In this document: positions 10,713 to 19,115 of the stretch, piece after piece | Position numbering within the stretch: the stretch's first letter is position 1 | How the letters are laid out: each line of letters opens with the position of its first letter | Position numbers and translations under genes: made by a program | The notes under the pieces: generated by a model | The model's input: the letters and a program-made list of their open reading frames with translations, nothing else | Databases searched by the model: none | What the model was told of the DNA's origin: nothing | Assembly (NCBI GenBank): GCA_963740085.1 | Contig: CAVUCU010000001.1 | Location: 544,001-608,000 of the forward strand | Direction of reading: 5' to 3' | Source: Nitrospirota bacterium | GTDB lineage: Bacteria; Nitrospirota; UBA9217 | Length of the DNA stretch: 64,000 nucleotides

Positions 10713-13016
10713 CTAAATCACTTCCTGCCTTACCACTCTCGGCGTTATGAAAATGATCAATTCCGTCTTATTCTCAGTGTTTGTCTTAGACTTGAACAAC
10801 CATCCAATCAGAGGAAGATCCCCGAAAAACGGCACCTTCGTATAACTCACTCCGCGATCCAGGACAAGGATGCCGCCGATAACTGCGGTCTCTCCATCGG
10901 CGAGGAGTATCTCCGTCGTTGCCTCGTTTTTCCGTATTGACGGTTGTCCGGAAGCGCCCAGAAGAGAGGTGTCAGGAGCGTTTTTGGTCGCCTGAATTTT
11001 CATAAATATCTTATTATCTGGTGTCGCATGAGGAGTGACCACGAGGGAGAGCTTGGCGTCAATAAACTGTATTTGCGTTCCCGATGCTGACGTTGTCGAG
11101 AAGGGTATGGATAGACCCTGCTCGATCTTTGCTTCCTTGTTGTCCAGCGCGCTGACCCTCGGGGTTGAGATGATCTTGCCTTCGCCCGTTGATTCGAGCG
11201 CGGAAAGGATGAGATCAAGATTCAAGGATTTGCTGATAGAACCGAACGTTAAGCCAATAGCCCCGCCGCCCGTGCCCGCTCCGGCCGGCGCCGGCATGTT
11301 TACGAAGAAGTTGCCCGATCCTGAAGGCGTGGCCCCCATGGTCGGACCACCCGTAACGCCAACAGAATTCGGGAATGAAATGCCAATCGGATTGCCGTGC
11401 GCAGAGTCGAACTTTTGTGACCCACCCCATTGCACACCGAGGCTCCGGCTGAAATTCAAAGAGGCCTCAACAATCCTTGCTTCTATCATGATTTGAGCGA
11501 TCGGTTTATCCAGCAGCTTAATAAGAGATACCACCTCATCAACGTTCCGTGCGATGTCCTTGATGATAAGAGTATTGGTCCTGGTATCCGTAACGGTCTC
11601 ACCCCGCGGAGAGAGTGATTTTTTTATGGTGGGCTCGATTTCACCCGCCTTGGCATAATTCACCGGGATGATCCGCGTTATCAGGTCTTCAGCCTTCTTT
11701 TTCGCCTCCTTAGATCGCATTTCGTCTTCGGCTTCTTTGGTAAGCGCACCCACTGAGGCAATGCGAAGAATATTGTCCTCAAGAACGTATCCGAGGCCAT
11801 TCATCTTGAGAATAATATCCATAGCCTGATCCCAGGGGATGTTGACCATGCGGACGGTAACCCTGCCTTTTACCTCGGGCGAAAGGATGATATTCAAGTT
11901 GGCAACCTCGGCAAAAAGGCGCATGACATTGATCAGGTCCGCATCCTGAAGGTCAAGAGATATCTTCCTGCCGGTATATTTACTGCTACCGCCGACAAGC
12001 AGGGTGTTCTCCGATGTCCGCAATGTTTGTTTTCCGGTTTCTGCTCCGTTTTGCTGGGCCGGGGGCGGCGAAACAATCGCCGCAGCTTCTGGAGACGGGG
12101 GGGTCTCTTTTTCAACAGGTATTGATTTTTCCTGCTCCAGCGAAGCAGTACGCTCCTCAGGGAGCTTCTCTACAGGCTTCACTGCGGAAACCGGCCCCAT
12201 GGCAATGATCAACGTATTGTCTTCGGGAGTGATCGTATACTCGAGCGGATGTGTAAGATCCAAAACTACGCGGACCTTGTCCGCGTGCTGGGCGACACGG
12301 ACTCTTGCCAGCCCACCCTTTCGTACGGGGATGACGCTCGGTTTTACCCTGCTCTTTGCCCCGGGGATATCGACGACCAGTCTATTGTCTTTGAGCATAA
12401 ACACCTTCGGCAACATGGTTCCATCGCCGGTAATGACCACCTTAACACCCTCTTTACCTGCGGAAGCCTGGACAGAAGACACGACCGTTGCCGTGCCCTT
12501 CTCTTTCTCAGGTACTTGCTCTTGCTTGAGTGCCTCCGGCTGTGCTGCAGGTGCAACGGCCTCCGGCGGCGTCGCCTTTGCCTCCTCAACAGGCTTAGCC
12601 ACTTCTACCATAAGCTTACCGTCTGACGGGTATACCTTGGTGTCGACAGCTTGTGAAAGGGCGATCTCCAGGCGGGCAATCCTTCCCATCTGGCTGGGTG
12701 TGATATCAACAATGGCTCCGCTGTTCACCGTCATCTTTGTCGAAAAATTACTAATGTCGGCATCCGAAATATCAACTACCAACCTGAGGGGTTCGGTAAG
12801 TTGAAAGGACGTATATTGCAGTATAGGCCCTGTCCCCTCAATAACAATCTCGTTCTTCCCGTCCACTTCGCGGGGTTCAATTTTATTGAGAATCACCTGC
12901 GTCCCCTCTAGCTGCGCTGACGCCGGCGCCTTAGCACTGCACCCGATGAAGAGCACGGTTACGAGAGCGGTTAGGAAAATCAACCAAAATACCTTCGGCG
13001 GTTGTGCGTACTTCAT
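10713..13016 (-). CDS. pilQ: Type IV pilus secretin PilQ with two AMIN domains
   Basis: YTGRKISLDLQDAD, VPFFGDLPLIGWLFKS, ELIIFITPR; two RLVVDI AMIN motifs; lipobox-like FIGC. Confidence 0.95.
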   Translation of the reverse strand: MKYAQPPKVFWLIFLTALVTVLFIGCSAKAPASAQLEGTQVILNKIEPREVDGKNEIVIEGTGPILQYTSFQLTEPLRLVVDISDADISNFSTKMTVNSGAIVDITPSQMGRIARLEIALSQAVDTKVYPSDGKLMVEVAKPVEEAKATPPEAVAPAAQPEALKQEQVPEKEKGTATVVSSVQASAGKEGVKVVITGDGTMLPKVFMLKDNRLVVDIPGAKSRVKPSVIPVRKGGLARVRVAQHADKVRVVLDLTHPLEYTITPEDNTLIIAMGPVSAVKPVEKLPEERTASLEQEKSIPVEKETPPSPEAAAIVSPPPAQQNGAETGKQTLRTSENTLLVGGSSKYTGRKISLDLQDADLINVMRLFAEVANLNIILSPEVKGRVTVRMVNIPWDQAMDIILKMNGLGYVLEDNILRIASVGALTKEAEDEMRSKEAKKKAEDLITRIIPVNYAKAGEIEPTIKKSLSPRGETVTDTRTNTLIIKDIARNVDEVVSLIKLLDKPIAQIMIEARIVEASLNFSRSLGVQWGGSQKFDSAHGNPIGISFPNSVGVTGGPTMGATPSGSGNFFVNMPAPAGAGTGGGAIGLTFGSISKSLNLDLILSALESTGEGKIISTPRVSALDNKEAKIEQGLSIPFSTTSASGTQIQFIDAKLSLVVTPHATPDNKIFMKIQATKNAPDTSLLGASGQPSIRKNEATTEILLADGETAVIGGILVLDRGVSYTKVPFFGDLPLIGWLFKSKTNTENKTELIIFITPRVVRQEVI

Positions 13017-13567
13017 TGCATCCCCTCCTGTTTTTTCCGGAGCTCAATGACAATCTCTTTCCGATTCGTTTCGCCCGAAATGTTTTTGAATTTTTCTTCG
13101 ATTACCATGGTATGCTGCGTTATTTTTTTTACAATGCCTTTGTTTTGGCCTAAAATAGTTCCCACATGCACAAAATACCCCTTCCCGTCGGGGCCCTCAA
13201 GCATTGCATTATATCCAAAGCCGCCCCACACAATGCCGGACAGCTTAAAATCACTGATATTATACCGTTCTAACGGTGGGCGCTCTCCCATTAATGCTTT
13301 GCGGTCTTCCTTGACGATGAGCGGAGAGAAGGGATCCCGTTTTCCCGCTGACCTATAAGAATAAGCAGCCTGCGGCTTTTGCTCCATTACCGTGGTTGTT
13401 GCCTGAGTAATCACCTGCTGTTTCGGTTTTACAGAAACGGGAGCTTTCGCCTCAGGCGGTTTCCCCGAATCGGAACAGCCCATGATTCCCGCCCCGGCAA
13501 TCAGGAACAGAAGCAACGTGAAACCGGTGATCGCTGTTTTAACGTGATTTTTTCTCTGTCGCTGCAT
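13013..13567 (-). CDS. pilP: Pilus assembly lipoprotein PilP
   Basis: IMGC lipobox, KRDPF, PLERY...LSGIVW, DGKGYFV. Confidence 0.9.
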   Translation of the reverse strand: MQRQRKNHVKTAITGFTLLLFLIAGAGIMGCSDSGKPPEAKAPVSVKPKQQVITQATTTVMEQKPQAAYSYRSAGKRDPFSPLIVKEDRKALMGERPPLERYNISDFKLSGIVWGGFGYNAMLEGPDGKGYFVHVGTILGQNKGIVKKITQHTMVIEEKFKNISGETNRKEIVIELRKKQEGMQ

Positions 13568-14153
13568 TAACTTTTTTCTCCAGTGCCGAGAACGTCATTG
13601 CTATACAGCTAATGGTTATTTCAGGATTGCCATCATAGCTCATTTTCATACCACTCATTTTTATATTCAGGATATTCACAATACGCGTCAGCTTCCCGAT
13701 GCTTTCGAAAAGCAAAGCAGTATTATGATACCCTCCGGTCAGAGTGATGGCAATGGGAATTTCCTCGTACAGGCCGCTTGCATGCGTCTTGCGTCCGGAC
13801 GGCTTCCAGGATTTGAGGGTAAGTCCCGACTGATTCACCAGACTCTGTATTTGCCTAAGCAGGTCGGAGACCTCAGACTCAGGAGGGAGTTGTTCGGTAA
13901 GGATTACAAGCTTTCCCTGCAGTGACCTCACCTCTGCCCTGAGGTCGTCGAGCTTTTTTATCTTACTGTCATTCTCGCGTATTTTCTGCTGCAGTCCCGC
14001 AAGAGAGGTGTCAAGCTGCTTGATCTTGGTCTTCATGGGGATTTGATATTGGAAAATATAAGCAATCAAAAGTATAACGATAAAGACGCCAAAGCCGATC
14101 GCCCTCGTCTTGGTGGGAATTTTCTGTATTTTATCGATAAGAGATGCCATCAC
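13539..14153 (-). CDS. pilO: Pilus assembly protein PilO
   Basis: N-terminal TM, coiled coil, QLP..EV..LL, GGYHN...LTRIVN. Confidence 0.9.
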   Translation of the reverse strand: MMASLIDKIQKIPTKTRAIGFGVFIVILLIAYIFQYQIPMKTKIKQLDTSLAGLQQKIRENDSKIKKLDDLRAEVRSLQGKLVILTEQLPPESEVSDLLRQIQSLVNQSGLTLKSWKPSGRKTHASGLYEEIPIAITLTGGYHNTALLFESIGKLTRIVNILNIKMSGMKMSYDGNPEITISCIAMTFSALEKKVNAATEKKSR

Positions 14154-14698
14154 AACCCTTTATAGACAAACTGGAGTTTATATTTGTAAATATCGATTTT
14201 TTCCCTTGTTATCTGGCTTGTTTCAAGTAACGCGACATCCTTCAATAAGGGAGAGGCCTTCAAGTTATCAATAAACCGGACCACATCCTCGTTTGTGAAA
14301 GCTTCTCCCTCGATATTTACTCTGTCGGCGTTTTCTGAAAGCAATGAAATATTAACACCTGTTGGAAGTGCGGTACTTACGGCATCAAGAAGCTGTACCG
14401 GTCCCGCCTGGTTCTTTTTCAGTTTTTCGATAATTTCAATCTTCTCGAAGACCTTTTTTCGTTCTTCTTCGACATTGTTCACTTCTTTGAGCATATTGTC
14501 CTGGCTGGCAATCTGCTTTTGCGCGATCGCCTTTTCGTTCTCAAGCATCGCAATCCGATCATTTTGCGTCTTCCAATAATATCCCAAGGCCATCAGAAAC
14601 AGAACGAGGACCAGGACCGCAAGAATTACTTGCTGCTGGAGGTCGATGACCTTCTTCGGAGGCTTCTTTTTAGTAGGCAGAAGATTTATTTTGATCAT
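14150..14698 (-). CDS. pilN: Pilus assembly protein PilN
   Basis: INLLP N-terminal motif, TM, coiled coil. Confidence 0.92.
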   Translation of the reverse strand: MIKINLLPTKKKPPKKVIDLQQQVILAVLVLVLFLMALGYYWKTQNDRIAMLENEKAIAQKQIASQDNMLKEVNNVEEERKKVFEKIEIIEKLKKNQAGPVQLLDAVSTALPTGVNISLLSENADRVNIEGEAFTNEDVVRFIDNLKASPLLKDVALLETSQITREKIDIYKYKLQFVYKGL

Positions 14699-15747
14699 CT
14701 GTCGCCTGGCCTCCTAATCGCAAGCCCCACCGCCACCGCACACAGAGGGGACGACTCCGCTATCACCGTGGATTCAAAGCGCTTCGGGTCGATTTTGATC
14801 TTCTTAAACGGATCGACGACCTCTACCGGTATCTCAAGCCGTTCGGAAAGAACAGTGGTAAAATTCCCTATCCGTGCACACCCTCCGGAGACCAGCACCC
14901 GCGACACTTTGTCACTGCCGGTCGTGGAACGGAAAAATTCGAAGGACCGCTGAGTCTCTGCTACAATATCATCCGTTACCGAAGACATCACCCCGGCAAT
15001 CTGCTCCTTATCAGCGCCTTCCACCTCTTCGCCCCTCTTCACCTTTTCCGCGTCTTCATAGGTAAGACCGAAATCCCGCTGGAGCGCCTCGGTATAACGG
15101 TTGCCACCCACTGTAATATCTCGGGTAAAGATCGATATCCCGTCCTTCAGGATATTGATATTCATCACTGAGGCCCCGATATTGAGAAGGGCCGTTGTTC
15201 CTTCTTCAAAGTCATAGTTGAGCTCGTACATGTTCGCCAGCGCGAAAGCGTCGACGTCCATGACCACCGGCTCCAGTCCCGCCTCTTTGACAAGATTGAC
15301 ATAATCGTTTATCTTGTCCTTTTTTACAGCCACCAGCAGAACGTCTGCCTGCCCCGCGGCAGTGCCCGCTCCGAGCTTTTGAAAGTCGACATTCACGTCA
15401 TCAATGGAAAAGGGGATGTACTGCTCTGCCTCCCATTTGATGGATTCCGCCAACTCTTCATCGGTCATATCGGCAACGGAGACGCGCTTGATAATGACCG
15501 AACTGCCGGAGACCGAGATCACGACCTCCTTGGTCTTTATCTTCTGAGAGGCGAGAAGTTCCTTGATAGCCTCAACAACACGGCCGGCATCCATCACTGC
15601 GCCCTCCACAATCACCTCGGGCGGCAACGGTACCATGCCGAATTTTATCAACTGATAGTTCTTATTCGAACCCTTCAGCTGGACAAGTTTAATAAAGGTT
15701 GATCCTATGTCCAATGCTATCGGCTCAATTTTTTTGGAAAAAAGCAT
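14695..15747 (-). CDS. pilM: Pilus assembly protein PilM
   Basis: Actin-like LDIGS, EAEQYIPF, LNIGA, VSGG, AVGLA. Confidence 0.95.
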   Translation of the reverse strand: MLFSKKIEPIALDIGSTFIKLVQLKGSNKNYQLIKFGMVPLPPEVIVEGAVMDAGRVVEAIKELLASQKIKTKEVVISVSGSSVIIKRVSVADMTDEELAESIKWEAEQYIPFSIDDVNVDFQKLGAGTAAGQADVLLVAVKKDKINDYVNLVKEAGLEPVVMDVDAFALANMYELNYDFEEGTTALLNIGASVMNINILKDGISIFTRDITVGGNRYTEALQRDFGLTYEDAEKVKRGEEVEGADKEQIAGVMSSVTDDIVAETQRSFEFFRSTTGSDKVSRVLVSGGCARIGNFTTVLSERLEIPVEVVDPFKKIKIDPKRFESTVIAESSPLCAVAVGLAIRRPGDR

Positions 15748-15777
15748 TCGCTCTCCACAAACAGATGATGCGCCCTA

Positions 15778-15978
15778 TCAGCCGGCGCTCTTGCTCTTCA
15801 TGATCTTTTCGATAGCCCGCAGGTTCGTCTCGTTGTAAACCCTCCAGCCCCGCCAGTCACGACCTACACCTGACAGCAGTCCGTCGCTCTCCCATCGGAA
15901 AAGAGTGGCACGAGAAATATCGAACCTGCTGCAGATCTCGCTTGTCTTATACTTTTTCGAGCTTTTGCGTGCGGCCAT
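15778..15978 (-). CDS. Small MerR-like HTH protein (66 aa, no effector domain)
   Basis: EICSRFDISRATLFRWESDGLL...RDWRGWRVY; ATG at 15978 with GAGGA RBS (ORF track starts at 16041). Confidence 0.8.
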   Translation of the reverse strand: MAARKSSKKYKTSEICSRFDISRATLFRWESDGLLSGVGRDWRGWRVYNETNLRAIEKIMKSKSAG

Positions 15979-16030
15979 GGTATCCTCGCTGATTAGTTCA
16001 CTACGAATAGTTATATTAAGTATAGTTATG

Positions 16031-16058
16031 ATGATACTCAAAAAAACATGCTTGTCAA
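16031..16058 (-). promoter_or_regulatory. Putative sigma70 promoter of the HTH-pilMNOPQ operon
   Basis: TTGACA-N16-TATCAT on - strand. Confidence 0.5.
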
Positions 16059-16160
16059 GTTTTATTTATACTTTTTTTTATGCTCACGACGAGGCACGAG
16101 ATATTGTATCGGGGATAAGGGGAGGATACAAGGTGTGGGACGCTCGGTGGCTAAGCTTTC

Positions 16161-16778
16161 TTACGCCACATAGAAAAAAATGGTTAAATAGTGGCACACG
16201 CTTCCAGCCAGTACAAAGATATGCCATATCCCGTGGCTGTAAGCAAGTTTTTTGTCAAGAGCGTAGAAGACAATCCCAACGGTATAGAACAGTCCTCCGG
16301 TAATCAGCCAGATCATGCCCGCAACCGGAAGTGCGAGGGAAAGCGGGCGAAAAGCCACCATCGCGACCCAGCCCATCAGCAGGTAAATTGCCACAGAGAG
16401 AATGCCCTTGCGTTTCGCAAACAGGAGGTCTTGAAGAATACCGATCACAGCAAGCGCCCAGACCACACCGAATAGGGACCAACCCCAAACGCCTCGCAGG
16501 GTAACAAGAGTAAACGGCGTATAGCTGCCGGCGATGAGCAGGTAAATTGCACTGTGGTCGAATTTTTGAAAAAGCTTCTTCGATGTTCCCCAAATACTGT
16601 GGTAAAGCGTCGATGAGGCATATAACACAACAAGCATTACGCCGAATATACTGACACTGACAATCTTCCAGGGGTCGCCGTCACGCGCTGCCCGAACAAC
16701 CAGCAAAATGAGGCCCGCAAGCGATAGCACGAATCCCACCATATGCGTGATACTATTCAGTCTCTCGCCGCGATGCAT
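16161..16778 (-). CDS. Hemolysin III / PAQR family membrane protein
   Basis: GERLNSITH, SSTLYH, DHSAIYLLIAGSYTP, HGIWHIFV. Confidence 0.93.
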   Translation of the reverse strand: MHRGERLNSITHMVGFVLSLAGLILLVVRAARDGDPWKIVSVSIFGVMLVVLYASSTLYHSIWGTSKKLFQKFDHSAIYLLIAGSYTPFTLVTLRGVWGWSLFGVVWALAVIGILQDLLFAKRKGILSVAIYLLMGWVAMVAFRPLSLALPVAGMIWLITGGLFYTVGIVFYALDKKLAYSHGIWHIFVLAGSVCHYLTIFFYVA

Positions 16779-16938
16779 GGGTGATCCTCTTGTCCTGATT
16801 GAGCACTACTTTCACCGGCAGATAAACCGGGTTAGAGAACAAGTTCTCTTACGATGAGAGATAGAATGTGCCTTGTTCCGCCGTTTTGGCATATATTAAC
16901 CGCCGATACAGGTCGGCGGATTTCTCCTCTAATGAGGG

Positions 16939-16968
16939 AAAAAAAAGGAGAGGCACCAGGCCTCTCCT
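16939..16968 (-). terminator. Intrinsic terminator after cooS
   Basis: AGGAGAGGC/GCCTCTCCT stem with A8 on + strand. Confidence 0.7.
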
Positions 16969-16992
16969 CAAAAAGCGTCCTGATTGTTAACC

Positions 16993-18972
16993 TTATACGT
17001 CCACACCGTGCGGTGTGGCGAAGGTACCGCGCCGTGCCGCCATATCCATAAGTATGCGCTCGGTGCCGAATCTGCCGGATTCATACTTGCGGATTTTGAG
17101 TTTCTCTCTGGCGGTATCGATGAGACTGAGCGCCAGTTCCAGCATCTTGCCCGGATCTTCTTCAAAATAGAAACCTGCAGTCACCATGTCCCACCACTTG
17201 TTTTCCATAATATCCGTGAGCGTCTTGCTTGCCTTGATCGGAGAACCCGCGCCAAAGATGATCGGCACGCCGGAAGCAACGAAGTAAGTCCCGATGGCGA
17301 TGGCCTTCTCGCTCATCCACTCAGGTCCGATGCCGACCGCCGGCAGGCCGCCGATGTCATCGCCAAGACCTCCCTCTTCTGCGATTTTCGACGCAATAGT
17401 CAAAATACGGGAGTTGTCCACACAGGAACCCAAATGCAGCACCGGGGGGATACCAATGGCCTCGCAAACCTCGCGAAGACCAAGGCCTGCATTCTCAAGC
17501 GCCATCTCCGGCGTCATGTAGCCTGCCTTTGCCGAGGCATGCGCCGAGCACCCCGTCTGAACAACGAGTACGTCATTCTTGATTAATTCGCGTGTGAGAA
17601 AATTATGGATACTGTCCTGGCAGATTCTCGGATTATTACATCCCGCAAGACCGACGATACCGCGGATGCGGCCGGCAATAATGGCGTCATTCAGAGGTCG
17701 ATAAGAGCCACGGTACAGTCCGCCCTGCATATACTCAATGTACTCGTCGGAGAACCCGGCTATCATGTCGGCTGATTTGACATTGGCCGGTGAAACGTCT
17801 TCCTTTTTTCGGTTCTGAAAGTTATCGATCGCGAGTCGGGCAACCTTTTTCGCGAGATCCAGTGCGTGATGCTCATCGTATTCAATATGAATGGCATCCT
17901 TCATTTTACCTTTGTTCGTCGTCGTGATGATCTTGGTATGGAACTTTTTTGAAAGTTCGCCGATAGCCGGCATGATACACTGTACATCCACGACCATAGC
18001 CTCAACCATGCCGGTCAGGAGACCAAGCTCCTGCTGAAGAAATCCGCCTGCAGTGGAGATGCCGTGGCGGATCAGGATCTCATTCGCTGTACAGCACATG
18101 CCCACAAGGTTCACGCCTTTGGCGCCCTTGGACTTGGCATAAGCCGAGATCTCGGGATCTTCAACGGCAACAACCAGCATCTCGGCAAACGACGGCTCGT
18201 GGCCGTGGACAACGAGATTCACATAGTCTTCCCTGAATACATTAAGACTCGCCTTGGCCTTGACCGGCCTGGGAGTGCCGAACAGGATGTCGGAGATATC
18301 AGTGCCCATCATTGAACCGCCCCAGCCGTCTGCGAGCGCTGTTCGCATGGCCCCGAGCATGATATTGTTCACTTCCTGATCAACTCCCATGGTAGTCCGG
18401 TGCATCATTTCCACGACTTCACGGTCAATAGCACGAGGAGCGATGCCGAGCTTTTTCCAGATTTCCTGCCTCTTCTTGGGAGCACGCGACAGATAGGCGA
18501 TTTCTCCACGCTGCTGGCCGAACTGATCCAGAAACTTGAGAGCAACCTTCTCGGCCACTTCGTTCACCGACTTGCCTTCCACGTTGATCCCGAGATAACC
18601 GGCAACACGGTTCAGTTTGCGCACGTCCTTGATCTGAAAATCCTTTGCCTCACCCCGCCCAACCGCCAGCAGGGTGTTTGCCAGGTCTCTCGCATGATCC
18701 GAATGCGCCGCAGTGCCTCCGGCCACCATGCGCGCAAAGTTTCTCGCCGTTACTACCGGCAGGGACGCCCCGCAAATACCCATGGCCTCATCTTCCTTGC
18801 CGACCAAACGACAAGGCCCCATATGACACATCTTGCAACAGGCGCCTTGATGTCCGATGGGGCACGGCTTAAGCTTTTCCGCACGCTCGAACGAGGTTTC
18901 TAATTTTTTCAATCCCGCGACCTTCAGCAGGACTTGGGCACCCGGGTCAACTGATTTCTGATCTTCTCTCAT
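16993..18972 (-). CDS. cooS: Anaerobic Ni-Fe carbon monoxide dehydrogenase catalytic subunit
   Basis: CPIGHQGACCKMCHMGPC (D/B clusters), AAHSDH, HGHEP, GMCCT, GCNN, TGC, GSCVD, WMSEKA. Confidence 0.95.
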   Translation of the reverse strand: MREDQKSVDPGAQVLLKVAGLKKLETSFERAEKLKPCPIGHQGACCKMCHMGPCRLVGKEDEAMGICGASLPVVTARNFARMVAGGTAAHSDHARDLANTLLAVGRGEAKDFQIKDVRKLNRVAGYLGINVEGKSVNEVAEKVALKFLDQFGQQRGEIAYLSRAPKKRQEIWKKLGIAPRAIDREVVEMMHRTTMGVDQEVNNIMLGAMRTALADGWGGSMMGTDISDILFGTPRPVKAKASLNVFREDYVNLVVHGHEPSFAEMLVVAVEDPEISAYAKSKGAKGVNLVGMCCTANEILIRHGISTAGGFLQQELGLLTGMVEAMVVDVQCIMPAIGELSKKFHTKIITTTNKGKMKDAIHIEYDEHHALDLAKKVARLAIDNFQNRKKEDVSPANVKSADMIAGFSDEYIEYMQGGLYRGSYRPLNDAIIAGRIRGIVGLAGCNNPRICQDSIHNFLTRELIKNDVLVVQTGCSAHASAKAGYMTPEMALENAGLGLREVCEAIGIPPVLHLGSCVDNSRILTIASKIAEEGGLGDDIGGLPAVGIGPEWMSEKAIAIGTYFVASGVPIIFGAGSPIKASKTLTDIMENKWWDMVTAGFYFEEDPGKMLELALSLIDTAREKLKIRKYESGRFGTERILMDMAARRGTFATPHGVDV

Positions 18973-19115
18973 GATGTTTTAAAACTCCTTTCCTAAAGGA
19001 GACTAAGCATCCCCTGTTTAAGCCTGTGCATTATACAAAACACCGAATAATAAAACTATAACAAGTTGCAACCGTAACTTAATAGAGGCAGATCGTCCTA
19101 GGACCAAACCGCTGC

